Assembly (NCBI RefSeq): GCF_006345805.1
Contig: NC_042997.1
Location: forward strand, 113,212,001-113,276,000
DNA length: 64,000 nt
Direction: 5' to 3'
Origin: Octopus sinensis
Lineage: Eukaryota
The notes beneath the pieces are model-generated. The model was given only the letters and a program-made list of their open reading frames with translations. It searched no databases and was not told the DNA's origin. The translations under genes were made by a program, and so were the position numbers. Below, one piece after another: positions 1-12,649 of this stretch. Each line of letters opens with the position of its first letter. Positions within the stretch are counted from its first letter, which is position 1.

Positions 1-140
1 ATTTCCTTTCAATCAATTGTGTGTTTATAGGTCTATAACCGCCTTTAAAAATATTTTCACTTGATTTTTATAAATGAGGCCCGCCAAGGTTCCAAAGACG
101 CACTGTGCGGCCCGCGATCAAAAAAGTTCGCCCACCCCTG
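1..140. mobile_element. End of a hAT-type non-autonomous DNA transposon, truncated by the window edge
   Basis: Ends GCGGCCCGCGATCAAAAAAGTTCGCCCACCCCTG; the reverse complement CAGGGGTGGGCGAAC is a typical hAT/Charlie-like terminal inverted repeat. The other end is not visible. Confidence 0.55.
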
Positions 141-599
141 GTTTAACAGAAGCATTTGAACTCCGAACAAAATGTCAGAAGAAATGCCGCAAAGCAGTTT
201 TTCTGGTGCAGAAATGATTCTGTCAGCTCAGCACCATAGCAGACTGCATTTATTACTCAGTTTAACACTCTACCGGACCCTTAAGCGCTTTTGGAAGCGT
301 CCATTCTGCTGCAAGCACTCTGGCTAAATCTCTAGTTTTAGGATAAATCCCCTGTCTTCATTGCATAAAAGTCTTGGAGATGCTGTTGGAAGGTTTGGCA
401 TGATCATGGGTATGATTGCTCTTACTTAAAAAAACAAAAATTCAAAAAATGAAGAATATCACATCTAAAGTTTAAATCTTGGCTAGTGCAGCTTTCATAT
501 TGGAAATTTACAGACACTTTTTTCAATAATATCTATAATTTTTAGTGGTGGTGGTGGGTGAGGGAATTCAAAATTATGCCACGTAAAAAGCACTGAGTC

Positions 600-1040
600 C
601 CATATGCCATACTCGTACGCCATGCTCATACACTATACCCATATGGCATGCCCGAATACAATGCCTGTATGCTATGCCTGTACACTATAACTGTATGCTA
701 TGCCCTTACACCATGCCATATGCTATGCCTATATACCATGCCCGTACACCTTGCCCATATGCCATGCTCATATGCTATGCCGGAACACTATGCATGTACA
801 CTATGCCCATACACTACGCCCGTATGCTATACCTGTACGCTACGCTCATACACCATGCTGTATGCCATGCCCATACACCATGCCTCTATGTTATGCCCAT
901 ATGCCATGCCCGTAGACCATGCCTGTACCCCATGCTCATACACTATGTCTGTACACTGTGCCCATATGCTATGCCTGTATGCTATACCTGTACACCATGC
1001 AGTATGCTATGCTTATATGCTATGCCCATACACTATGGCT
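600..1040. repeat. Degenerate minisatellite built from ATGCC/CCATAC/TATGC motifs
   Basis: About 440 bp of shuffled short motifs (ccatgcccatacac, tatgctatgcc); explains the three overlapping C/H/M/Y/P-rich ORFs. Confidence 0.85.
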
Positions 1041-1234
1041 GTAGGCAGTAACAGAGTGAATTTTTAAGGCTTGTAAACCTCCATTGATGTCTTATGTCAG
1101 CTCTGTTACCAATTAGATGAAACAATCCTGGGTTTCTGAGATAAAGAATTTTTATATTTTATGCATTGGTTTGAGTGATGTCCTCATCTTGGTTGTTACA
1201 TTTCATCATCATGCTCCCCACCCCACCTTCTGTT

Positions 1235-1372
1235 AGGAAGGGAATCCAGCTGGCTGTAGAAACACTGCCAGATCAGATTGGAGCCTGGTGCAGCCATCTG
1301 GTTCGCCAGACCTCAGTCAAATCGTCCAACCCATGCTAGCATGGAAAGTGGACGTTAAACGATGATAATGAT
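1235..1372 (+). mobile_element. RTE-LINE 3' tail fragment (repeat family with about 20 copies in the window)
   Basis: GTTAGGAAGGG..CCAGCTGTAGAAAC...CAACCCATGCTAGCATGGAAAGTGGACGTTAAAC(GAT)n; same sequence as the 3' ends of the RTE ORF2 relics at 44060-45375 and 52136-55560. Confidence 0.8.
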
Positions 1373-1959
1373 ATATATATATATATATATGACGGGCTTC
1401 TTTCAGTTTCTATCTACCAAATCCACTCACAAGGCTTTGGTCGGCCCAAGGCTATAGTAGAAGACAATTGCCCAAGGTGCCACATAGTGGGACTGAACTT
1501 GGGACCATGTGATTGGTAAGCAAGCTACTTACCATACAACCACTTCTTATTTATTTATTTTTTCTGAAAGTTTTCATTGTGTCTTGCAAAAGAAATAATT
1601 AAATGAATGGAAACCAGACCAGTGAGTGTGTTAAATGAATAAAGCACTAAAAGAGAATGACCCTCCCCAGACAATAAAATATGCTGCAACACACGAATTC
1701 ACATAAAGAATCTTGCAAGCCAAATACCAAAATGAAATATATGTGTGTGTGTTTGTCCTCCACCAGTGCTTGATAACCGGTGTTGGTGTGTTTATGTCCT
1801 TGTAACTTAGTGGTTTAGCAAAAGAGACTGATAAGGTAAGTACCAGGCTTTAAAAGAATGTACTGGAGTAAAACCATTCAAATAAAAATTCTTCAAGGTG
1901 GTGCCCCAGCTTGAAGTCTAATGACTGAAACATATAAAAGATAAAAGATATATAGACTC

Positions 1960-2300
1960 AGGAATGGCTGTGTGGTTAGAACCTGTTAGAACCTGGCTGT
2001 GTGGTTAGAACCACGTGCTTCTAGGTTCAGTCCCACTGTGTGGAACCTTGGGCAAGTGTCTTCTACTATAGCCTCAGGCTGACCAAAGCCTTGTGAATGG
2101 ATTCGACTGAAGGAAACTGAAAAGAAGCCTGTCATATGTGTGTGTGTGTGTCTGTCTGTTTGTCACCCACCACCACTTGACAACTGTTGTTGGTGTGTTT
2201 ACATCCCTTTAACTTAGTGGTTTGGCAAAAGAGCTGATAGAGGCTTGGTGCTCCAGCATGGCCACAGTCTAATGACTGAAACAAGTCAAAGATAAAAGAT
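1960..2300 (+). mobile_element. tRNA-derived SINE, family A
   Basis: Head GGAATGGCTGTGTGGTTAG...GGTTCAGTCCCAC, body ACCTTGGGCAAGTGTCTTCTACTATAGCC, tail GCTCCAGCATGGCCACAGTCTAATGACTGAAACAAG; about 15 full or partial copies in the window. Confidence 0.8.
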
Positions 2301-2599
2301 ATCAGGATCCAGAACTTCTGTACTTACATCATCAGAATCTGAGTCAATAGGAAAATGAGATCACAGATGATGAAGACGAAGAAGGAGTGTTGACATCAAG
2401 GATCGGACAAAGAGGATGGAACCTGGTGGAGGGCACTGATGCAGCATAAGACTGCTTCCTGTTGCAAGGAATGGTAAATGTATCTGAGGCCATCAACCCT
2501 CCAACCTTGAGGAAGGCATATTTATTTCATGCATTTCCTCCAAGCCGTTCACTCATACAGTGTTCGTCATACTCTCTCTTTAAGATATTATCAAGTTAC

Positions 2600-2651
2600 C
2601 ATTTTAACAACAGTTCTGGGCAACTATTCAAATTTGAAATCGCTTTCTTTA
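2600..2651 (-). CDS. Candidate exon 2 of an unidentified minus-strand gene
   Basis: Strong acceptor tgtcttgtcttttcccattctaag and donor TG|gtaact. Only the phase-1 frame is open (IKKAISNLNSCPELLLK), matching the ATG A|gt exon at 10918-10921. No homology recognised. Confidence 0.2.
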
Positions 2652-3389
2652 CTTAGAATGGGAAAAGACAAGACATTGCGATGATTACAATGTGTGTGTG
2701 TGTTTGTGTTTGTGAGTTTGAGTGTGTTATTGTGTGTATGAAAGAGTGTTTGTGTGTGTGGTTGTGATGTTTTGTTTGTTGGACGCCGTGTTTATTACTA
2801 TAATTAACGCTGAGAGGAGATTACTGCTGATTAAATGACAACAGAAATAAATTAAAAATTAACGAATATGTGTTATCGTTGAGTTCAAAATTCCTTGTTG
2901 AGATTTTGCAAGTTTGTTGAGTGACCGGATGTGAAATGAAAATAATTGCTAAATGATTAAAGAGAGGTAATGGTGATGACAGGGGTAGGGTGGAAGAGAA
3001 GTAAAGGCAAACTTTGATGAAGAAGCTTACTTTTGCAACCATCTGGTTTTGGGTTCAATCCTACAGTGTGGTACCTCTTCAGAAATGTCTTTTAATGTTG
3101 ATCAACTCTTCGTTTCCCATTGTTTCAGCATGTTGTGAATGGGAAACCCTGCAATGGACTGGTCTCCAGTCCAGGGAAAATGTTGGCCTGCTCACCTAAG
3201 CAGCAGGGTGGCATTATTTGAAAGCTGTAACAATGTAAGAAAGTGCATTGTGGCCAGTGATATGTAACAACATTTGATAGTCTGGCCACTAGAATGATAT
3301 GACAGACATGACAGAAGTAAATAGAAACTCCATAGAAGATTGTTTTATACTCTTTACTCTCTTTTATTCTTTTACTTGTTTCAGTCATT

Positions 3390-3760
3390 TGACTGTGCCC
3401 AAGCTGGAGCACTGCCTTTAGTCAAGCAAATCGACCCCAGGACTTAATCTTTGTAAGCCTAGTACTTATTCTATTAGTCTCTTTTGCTGAACTGCTAAGT
3501 TACGGGGATGTAAACACACCAGCATCGGTTGTCAAGCTATGTTGGGGGGACAAACACAGACACACAAACATACATATATATATACACATATATACGACAG
3601 GCTTCTTTCAGTTTCCGTCTACCAAATCCACTCTCAAGGCTTTGGTCGGCCTGAGGCTATAGTAGAAGACACTTGCCCAAGGTGCTATGCAGTGGGACTG
3701 AACCCGGAACCATGTGGTTGGTAAGCAAGCAACTTACCACACAGCCATTCCTACGCCTAT
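3390..3760 (-). mobile_element. tRNA-derived SINE, family A (full length)
   Basis: Reverse complement of the family A consensus, head at about 3700-3755. Confidence 0.85.
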
Positions 3761-3789
3761 GCGTATTTTAATTTGAAAAGGTGTATATT

Positions 3790-4790
3790 TTTTTAATTAT
3801 TTTACTTATTTATGTTTCAGGTTCTATAATGTGACTGTTTAATCATGCCACATAGAAAAGAAACCTCAGAAGTGTCCGAATTTCAAAGAAGCTCTATTGT
3901 GGGTTAATTTCAAGGTGTACTTAGTGTAAAATTCCAGAAACCTTGGGATTTTACTTTCTGCAGTTAATAGAGTGATTATGCAATTCACCAGAGAGGGGAA
4001 AGAGTCCACATCACCTAGCCCAGGTTGACCCTTCACTTTGTTAAGAGAAGTGTGGACGATAATCCTCATTTCAAGGCCTCTGACATGGCAGAACAAGTTG
4101 ATGTCAGTCCCAGAACAGCTGACAGGTGTCTCCACAAACTTGGCTACAATGGCAGAGCAGCAAGAAGGAAGCCACCTCTTCAACCAACCAATATCAAGCG
4201 GAGAAAAGATTGGGCCAGTGAGATGGTGGAGAGGCCACTAGCATTTTGGGACACTGTCATATTCCCTGATGAGTCCAAATTTGCTCTATTTTCTGACAGT
4301 GGTCAAGTGTGGGTCTGGAGACTCTATGATCAAGAATTTGCTGCCAACAATGAAACACAGCAGCTACTTTGTGATGGTCTGGGGAGCAATTTGGAGCAAT
4401 GGTTGATCAGAGCTGGTGGAGTGTGATGGAAACATAAACTCAGATGAATATGTGCCCATATTGCAGAAAGGATTCTTCCGATCTCCTCCAGTAGTGAAAT
4501 GATTTAAGAAGACTCTTTATTTATTGTCACACAGTTAAAAGGACCCAAAATTGGTTGGAAGAAAATGACATTAAGAAGCTTCCATAGCCAAGCCAGTCAC
4601 CGGATATGAACTTTATTGAACACCTCTGGAGCATAATGTATAGGACACTTTATATAAAAAAAACAAGAAAACATCCTCAAAGTTATATGTTTTGAGATTA
4701 CTGCAGGAAATTCCTCAGGAGAATAACTGTCAACTGCCATTAGGGACCTTGCATTGAAAAATGCAAAGGGCATGTCTACTAAATATTAGA
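3790..4790 (+). mobile_element. Decayed Tc1-like (DD34E-type) transposon
   Basis: ORF 4025-4426 reads VSPRTADRCLHKLGYNGRAARRKPPL...WDTVIFPDESKFALFSDSGQVWVWR (Tc1 helix-turn-helix and first catalytic D region); an SPDMNFIEHLW-like motif follows near 4595-4630; stops and frameshifts present. Confidence 0.85.
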
Positions 4791-4799
4791 TATTCACAT

Positions 4800-5105
4800 T
4801 ATTGTTGTTTGTTTGTTCCTTCTCAAGCTACACCTGGCTCATAAGGGCTGGTTTCCCAGTTTCCTTGGCGTATAGGTTCCCCACCTGGACAAGACACCGG
4901 TCCATCGCAGGTGATCTGCAAGATGCAGGAGGAAAGAGAGAGAAAGATGTTGCAAAAAAGTCAGCAGAAGTTCACCATTCTGCTGGCGTTGCATAGAGCT
5001 TAGGTGTTTCACTCATGAACACACACATCACCCGGTCTGAGATTCGAACCCGCAATCCCTCGACTGCGAGTCCACTGCTCTAACCACTAGGCCATGTGCT
5101 TCCAC
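4800..5105 (-). mobile_element. tRNA-derived SINE, family C
   Basis: Minus-strand head GCACATGGCCTAGTGGTTAGAGCAGTGGACTCGCAGTCGAGGGATTGCGGGTTCGAATCTCAGACC carries Pol III A and B boxes, followed by a non-tRNA body; a related head occurs at 24555-24865. Confidence 0.75.
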
Positions 5106-5822
5106 ATATTCACATTATAATAATTAATAAATAATTTGAATATATAATTTCAGATTTAAGTAAATTTTAATGATTATATTAATGTCTAAAGGGCTTCTAT
5201 TTACTTCTATCATGTCTGTGTACATCATCATCATTTAATGTCCGTTGTCCATGTTGCCATGGGTTGGATGGTTTGACTGGGCTGGTACGCTGGAAGGCTG
5301 TGCCAGGATCCAGTCTGATTTGGCATGGTTTTCTATGGCTGGATGCCCTTCCTAATGCCAACCACTCCAGAAAATTCTTTATAAGAAGGCCAAGAATTCT
5401 AAATTTGAACCATTTTTTGATAAATTCGATAACAGAAGAAAATGTCAAAAATGTAAATAAGATGTAAATAAAAAATATATATATATATATAAAATCATCC
5501 AACATTCTGACTACTGTATTATTCTAAATATACAATATCTGTGCATCACTTCAAAACTCTCTACCTTTATATACCTTTTATATACATTATATTATTTTTG
5601 TAATTTACTTAATCTTTACTTTTTAATTGTTATTTTAATTTTAACTTTTCTATTATATGTAATTTTCTAGATGGTGTAATTTAATTATTCATTTTGAATT
5701 GATAAAAGGTGTTTTTTTTTCTAATATTATATATATATATATTATATTGTGTGGAATTTGATTTAGTATTTCTAAATTGAATTCTTTTGCCTTGTAAGTT
5801 TGGATTTTATTCCCTCAAATAA

Positions 5823-5862
<40 letters not shown>

Positions 5863-6439
5863 CATACATAGTTAATCCAAACATGAACAAAGAGGAAACA
5901 CAACAATGCGAGGACGTGGAACAAATATAGTGTTATTGGCCGCTCAGGAGAGGAAAGAAAGGAGGATTTAACGCTTCAAGTGGAGCTTTTCGTCAGAAAC
6001 ATAGAAAAAGGAAAGGTCCAAGGAAGGGAAGACAAAGAAAGAAAATCGCCAACGATGCACATGCAGTCACATATTGAAATATAGATATATATATCTTTAT
6101 ATACACATACTCACAACAGGCTTCCGCACAGCTTCTGTCTCGCAAATTACACCATTACGTTTCCAAAGTATATGTCAACCTGAGGATACACATAACAGCA
6201 AACATTTATAAACAAGTGTAACTGCAAGTTAATGAAACTTCTTGGCCATTATAAATTCTTCTTCATATTGGATAACATACATCATTTATTATAATGTTAT
6301 TCTGCTGAGGTCAGAAGTCTCTTGTAAAGGATAATGTCGAAATGTCTTGGAGACAAAATACCCGAAAGACATATTCTACTCTATTTGGTTAACCAAACTG
6401 AATGTTTATAATATGGTTACAATTTCAAATAATCTGTAC

Positions 6440-6905
6440 ATTAAAACAGAAAGATATTAAATATAATCCATATTGGGAAAATGAAACAGATAATAATAAT
6501 GATAATAATAAAACAAACTATGCTGGATCATAGATATAGCATTCCCAGCTGACAACAAGGTATGTGATAAGGAAGAAAGTAAAGTCGAGAGATATGACAG
6601 GTTAGCTTGGGAAGTTAAGCAGTTGTGGTCGATGAAAAAGGTAGCAGTAGTACCAACAATTCTCGGAGCCCTGGGAACAGTGAGCAAAAATCTTGAGAAG
6701 TGCATGAAACAAATAGGGGCTGCAATAAGGGTGCAGCACTTGCAGAAAACAGCACTGCTTGGAACCGCTTGAATACTCCGGAAGGTGCTCGAAAAGTAAG
6801 AGGTGTTACCTTTGTTCACTGGTAGTGAACAGCTGACACCATAGTACATCTCCACTGTTAGAAGCTGTGCAAAAACAAGAAATAGTAATAATAATAATAA
6901 TAATA
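6440..6905 (+). mobile_element. Dong/R4-clade non-LTR retrotransposon 3' fragment (restriction-like endonuclease)
   Basis: Plus-strand reading IIDIAFPADNKVCDKEESKVERYDRLAWEVKQLWSMKKVAVVPTILGALGTVSK...LQKTALLGTA* matches the restriction-like endonuclease C-terminus; ends in (AAT)n. Confidence 0.8.
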
Positions 6906-6909
6906 ATAA

Positions 6910-7457
6910 ATGCCCTGATGCAGTACCAGGCAGTGGCTCTCATGGCTTCTGATCTTAACTGATGGGAAGAGTTATAATATACATTATTTTGTCTTGGTAT
7001 AAAAGATGAGTTACTGCAAATATTCTGCTCAGTACTACAGATTTGCTGGTCAGTTGTTTGACCTTAACCAGTTGAGCATGTCCCTTGGTGGCTGATGATA
7101 TGTGCATCTCTAATCATGAGCAGAACTAGTGGGGGAGCATCATAGCCATGTGTTGAGAGGAATTCTTTGGGGTTTGGATAATTCAGCTCTGGAAACATGG
7201 ATGCTTTGTTCAACATCCTGAAATAACCCTTATTCAGGGACCTTTTGAGTGGGGTGGGTTACTTGACCTGAAGAAAATTCTAACTGGTCCCCTTCAAGGT
7301 CATGCACTGTTTATCTTGATGTGAGATCACTATGCCATGCACACACTTGTTGTGATGCATGTACCTGATATCAGATGGGTAGTCATGTTGGGTATATTGG
7401 GCTTCGTATATTTGTACTTCAGTGTCACTTTGATGGCATGCACTACTCTCTCACTCA

Positions 7458-7460
<3 letters not shown>
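6910..7460 (+). mobile_element. About 550 bp non-autonomous retroposon flanked by (AAT)n, family E
   Basis: Homologous to 43450-43925 along their shared length; both copies abut (AAT)n tracts. Confidence 0.7.
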
Positions 7461-7499
<39 letters not shown>

Positions 7500-7524
7500 G
7501 TAATAGTAATAGTAATAATAATAA

Positions 7525-7985
7525 CACTGGATAATGTGTCAACATTATAAAATCAAAACTGCTGACAAATGATGCAAGTATAACCCTGAGGCTGTAACTG
7601 AGGGAGAAAATGTAACTATTCTTTGGGACTTCCCAGTATGTACAGATAGGACCATCAAAGCAAACAAACCAGATAATGTTGTGAAAGACCAAAGCAATAA
7701 AGTCTGTTTATTGATTGACATGAGCAAACCCTGTGGCCAGAATATCTTGGCAAAAGAATTTGATAAGCTCAGAAAATATAAAAATCTGCTAATCAAAATT
7801 AAAAGGATGTGGCATCTCAAGACAGTTACAATACCAGTAATTGTAGGAGTACTTGGAATGATCAAAAACGGAATTGAAAATTATTTAAGGATGATCCCTG
7901 GCTTACCATCCATACATGAAGTGCAAAAGATTGTCTTAACTGGTACATCACACATATTGAAAAGAGCACTATCGATGTGAATTTT
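7525..7985 (+). mobile_element. Dong/R4-clade restriction-like endonuclease fragment
   Basis: ILWDFPVCTDRTIKANKPDNVVKDQSNKVCLLIDMSKP...KEFDKLRKYKNL...IPVIVGVLGMI contains the PD..D..K motif. Confidence 0.85.
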
Positions 7986-8807
7986 CTTTTTCCCCCTTTA
8001 TTTTATTTGTTTACATTTTTATTTTATTCTTTTATTCATTTCAATCATTTGACTGCAGCCATGCTGGAGTACTACCTTTAGTTGAACAAATCGACCCCAG
8101 GACTTTATTCTTCATAAACCTAGTACTTATTCTATCAGTCTCTTTTGCTGAACCGTTAAGTTACAGGGACATAAACACACCAACATCAGTTGTCAAGTGA
8201 TGATGTGGTGGTGGTGGGGGGGACAAACACAAACACACACACATATATGACGGGCTTCTTTCAGTTTCCATCTATCAAATCCACTCAGAAGGCTTTGATT
8301 TCTTTCCTTTTTCTCTGTCTTTCTTCCCCCTTTTCTCTCCACATGACTTTGTAAATGGACAATCTGGTGTGTTTATTTTAATGGCCTACCAATGTATACA
8401 GTGCGTTTCTCTGCCCTAGGTGTCAGGAAGATACTCAGCAAGAAATGGGAAAGAATTGAAAGAAGATGATAATGAAAATAATAATGATAATAAGCTATAA
8501 AGACTAACCATACTACAGAAGCAAGAAAACCAGACATGATTATAGAGGACAAACAGACTGTGCAAAATCATGGATTTTGTAATTCCTTATGATTGCAGAG
8601 TCAATACCAAAGAAATTGAAAAATGTCGAGAAATATAAAGATCTAGCTAGATAACTGCATCGACCCCAGTATGTGACTGGTACTTATTTTATTGACCCTC
8701 AAAGGATGAAAGGCAAAGTCATCCTCAGTGGAATTTGAACTCAGAATATAAAGAACCTAAAGAAACGCTACTAAACATTCTATTTGGTATAAGGATTCTG
8801 CTTTACC

Positions 8808-8839
<32 letters not shown>

Positions 8840-8984
8840 GTTCTTTTATTAACCGCGAGGGCTCACATACAATAACAGTAAAGGATATGCAACAACATAA
8901 AAGACAAAAATGGGACGATAAAATGGGTTTTACAGTGTGTCAACAAGAATAACATTAAAAAATGAAACAAATTTATAGGAGTAG

Positions 8985-9126
8985 GAGAGGCTGTGTGGTA
9001 AGTAGCTTGCTTACGAGCTACATGGTTCCGGGTTCAGTCCCACTGCATGGCACCTTGGGCAAGTGGGCCAACCAAAGCCTTGTGAATGGATTTGGTAGAC
9101 AGAAACTGAAAGAAGCCCGTCGTATG

Positions 9127-9163
<37 letters not shown>

Positions 9164-9335
9164 GTATGTGTGTGTATATGTTTGTGTGTCTGTGTTTGTC
9201 CCCCCAACATCGCTTGACAACTGATGCTGGTGTGTTTACGTCCCCGTAACTTACCGGTTCGGCAAAAGAGACCGATAGAATAAGTACTAGGCTTACAAAG
9301 AATAAGTCCTGGGGTCGATTTGCTCATTTAAAGGC
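8985..9335 (+). mobile_element. tRNA-derived SINE, family A
   Basis: Well-conserved family A copy with an internal (TA)n/(TATG)n tract; 3' end clipped. Confidence 0.85.
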
Positions 9336-9838
9336 GATGAAAAGCAAAGTTGATCTTGGTGGAATTTGAACCCAAAACGTGAAGACAGACGAAATACTGC
9401 TAAGCATTTTGCCTGGCAAGCTATTGTTTCTGCTAGCTCACCACTCTGAAATAATAATAATCCTTTCTACTATAGGCACAAGGTCTGAAATTTTGAGAAG
9501 GAGGACAGTCAATTACATCGACCCCTCCCAGGGTTTCACCGGTACTTAATTTATCGACCCCGAAAGGATTATTAATAATAATAATATTAATAATAATAAT
9601 CCTTTCTATTAAAGGCACAAAGCCTGAGATTTTTGATGGGGAGGGGAACAGTTGATTACATTTAACCCTGTATGCAACTGGTACTTAATTTATCGATTCT
9701 GAAAGGATGAAAGGCAAAGTCAACTTTGGCAGAATTTGAACTCAGAGCATAAGAACGGATGAAATACTGCTAAGCATTCTGCCCAGCGTGCTAATGATTC
9801 TGCCTGGCATGCCAACAATTCTGCTAGCTCACCTAATG

Positions 9839-9875
<37 letters not shown>

Positions 9876-10055
9876 TTTCAAGTTTTTGCCACAAGTGACT
9901 ACATCAACCCCAGTGTGTAACTGGTACTTATTTAATTGACTTGGAAAGGATGAAAGGCAAAGTCGGCCTCAGCGGAATTTGAACTTAGAACGTAAGGACA
10001 GATGAAATGCTGGTGAGCATTCTGCCTGGTGTGCTAACAATTCTGCCAGCTCACC

Positions 10056-10107
<52 letters not shown>

Positions 10108-10115
10108 AATAATGC
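9335..10115 (-). mobile_element. Cluster of four partial family B SINE copies separated by (AAT)n
   Basis: Repeated ACTGGTACTTAATTTATCGAC...GAAAGGATGAAAGGCAAAGTC...GAATTTGAACTCAGAAC blocks with AAT tracts between them. Confidence 0.8.
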
Positions 10116-10513
10116 TACTCTATACCAATTATATTCCGATCATTTTAAAATGTAATATATTAGCAGAGAAAACAACAAAATTAACAACAGTGAGACAAAT
10201 AAAAGATGTAATGGCTACATCTTTTAACCACAGAAAATGTAATGTTTTCTTTTTCTTTTACTTATGTATTGTAGGGTATCATGGAGTACAACAAAGTAGA
10301 AATAAAACTCCCTAGGGGTGAGTAGACAAAGCTAGTTTTAAATATTTTATTCCACTTGTGCCACTAATACCCCTGACAAAAATATGATTGCTTCGTTAGA
10401 AGTTGGTAAGATTAATCACTTTTTCCTGGATAACTCAGATTATGAATGGTCGAATTATTGATTCAGTTTGTTACATTTATGAAAGATCAATAAAATACTT
10501 ATTGATTGAAAGT

Positions 10514-10561
<48 letters not shown>

Positions 10562-10562
10562 T

Positions 10563-10613
<51 letters not shown>

Positions 10614-10917
10614 TATATATATATATCTCTTATTATAATATATATATAAGATAAATAATAGAAAATAAAAATGTACTTACTAGGAATTTCATTGCCAAGT
10701 ATTTATGGATGCAAACTAGATGAAACAGATTTAGACAGCCTTGTATTATATAAGCAATGTGTCTACATCAGCTCTGTGCTGTTTCTCTGTATTTTGTGTG
10801 TGTGTGTGTGTGTGGAGAGGAAGCGGCTGATTGCAGTAGTTGCACTCCAGTGTATAGAAAGAAAAGGATTTAATTTGACACATTACCAAACAACTAACAC
10901 GTAGTAACTCTGCTTAC

Positions 10918-11095
10918 TCATCTTCACAGATTAATCGAGTTAATTTCTCGTCTCTTTGACAGTCGTACTAAATATCTTGTCAATTGGAGAAATTAGTTGC
11001 CAATCAGTGTCTGACATATCTTGCTGAGACACAATACAAATTCTTCACCTCTGTCCGTTGGTGCTACTTTCCGTTGGTCATTATAGTGTTTTATA
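10918..11095 (-). promoter_or_regulatory. Candidate TATA promoter and first exon ending ATG A|gtaagc
   Basis: TATAAAA at 11095-11089 (minus), two CCAACGG motifs just downstream, about 150 nt of apparently unique leader, ATG at 10921-10919 and a strong donor A|GTAAGC. Confidence 0.35.
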
Positions 11096-12649
11096 GATGA
11101 ATCTTCTCTTCATGTCACTTCAATCGCTTTTTGTCTTTCATTCAACTGGACTTCATTTATATCATCATTATTGAACATCTGTGATCCATTCAGACATGGG
11201 TTGGACAATAAGATTTGTAATGTGAATGACACATGTATACATGTCTGTATATGTATCATCATCATCATTAACATCGTCGCTTAATGTCCCTTTCCCCACG
11301 CTGCCATAGGCTGGTTATTTCCTCACATCCTACCCTAATAAGCCAAACTACAGCTTTAGGTCTCTTCTCTTCCTCACATTTCCTCCTTCATGCACTATGC
11401 TAACCTCTCACTCTCCAATCCTGTCCTCTTGCCCCTGTTTTACTGTATCATCCCTTTTTGTTAGCCCTTGACCTGTGTGTTCCACCCACATGTAACAATG
11501 CTTCTTTTGTAATGTCCTGCCACTTATATTATGACCTTTGAACCTCAAGGGTATGCTCTGGCATTCACCACCATCTAGCTCTCTTGTCTTTTACTTGACC
11601 ATCACATTTATATTCTGATCCTTGTCCCTTGTAAATTTGCCCAGCACTTTCCCACCATCTCCATCCTGTTGTCTACCACCCTTTGTCTCCTTCTACTCTT
11701 CCCTCAGGTTGTATCTCCTTTACAGCAACACATCCTGTTTCTGTCCTCATTCTTGATCTCCCTCCCTCCCTCCCTCCCTCCCCCCTCTGTCTGTCTAGCC
11801 AGGTAACCTTTTACCTCCTCTACAGCAAGACACCTGTTTCTGTCTCTCTATCTCACTATAACCATTCATTATCAGACACAAGATCACCTCCTCCAATGCG
11901 CCCTCTCCTCTCAAAAGATTTTTTTTTGTCTTGCAAAGTACTTGGTGACCCTGTCAGTGCAGGTGCCACTTAAAAAGCACCCAGTCCACACTGTAAGGTG
12001 GTTGGCGTTTGGAAGGGTATCCAACTGTAAAAACCCTGCCAAAACAGACACAGAAGCCTGGTGCAGGTTTCTGCATGACCAGCTCCTGTCAAACTGTCCC
12101 ACCGGTGCCAGCAGGGAAGATGGATGTTAAATGATGAGGATGATGATGTATGTATGTTTGTATATTTATAAGTTTATATCATCACCATCATCAACATTTA
12201 ATGTTCATTTTCTATGCTGGCATAGGTTGAACAGTTTGACAGGATCTGATGAATGTAAGGACTGTATCATGTTCCAGTGTTTGTTTGGCATGGTTTCTAG
12301 AGATGGATGCCCTTCTTAATGCCATTCACTTTAGAGCATGTACTGGGAGCTTTTTGTGTCACCAGTACCACATATATATCACGATATAGTAATCTCCATC
12401 TGGCCTTTGGGATCCTTCATCAAAGCCCACTTTGTTGTAAACATTTGAGCCAGTTCTCTGGTCTGAGGTGAAGTTTTTCCTGTCCTTCTACTCAATAATG
12501 CTGAGTTTGTATCTGTTGAATACTGAATGAATAAAAAAATTAACGAAACAGCTGTAAAGAAGTGTTTTACAAAACAAAGCTTAATAAATAAAAAAAAGAA
12601 AAAAAAAACAAATAAATGAATTTCCACTAAAGTAATATGCAAATTATTC

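Noticed and set aside
648-1067. Three overlapping Cys/His/Met/Tyr-rich ORFs resembling metal-binding proteins
   Set aside because: They are translations of a minisatellite; all three frames are similarly repetitive and there are no splice or promoter signals.
2310-2560. Acidic SESE...DDEDEE stretch resembling a piggyBac transposase N-terminus
   Set aside because: No TTAA-flanked termini or catalytic motifs were found.
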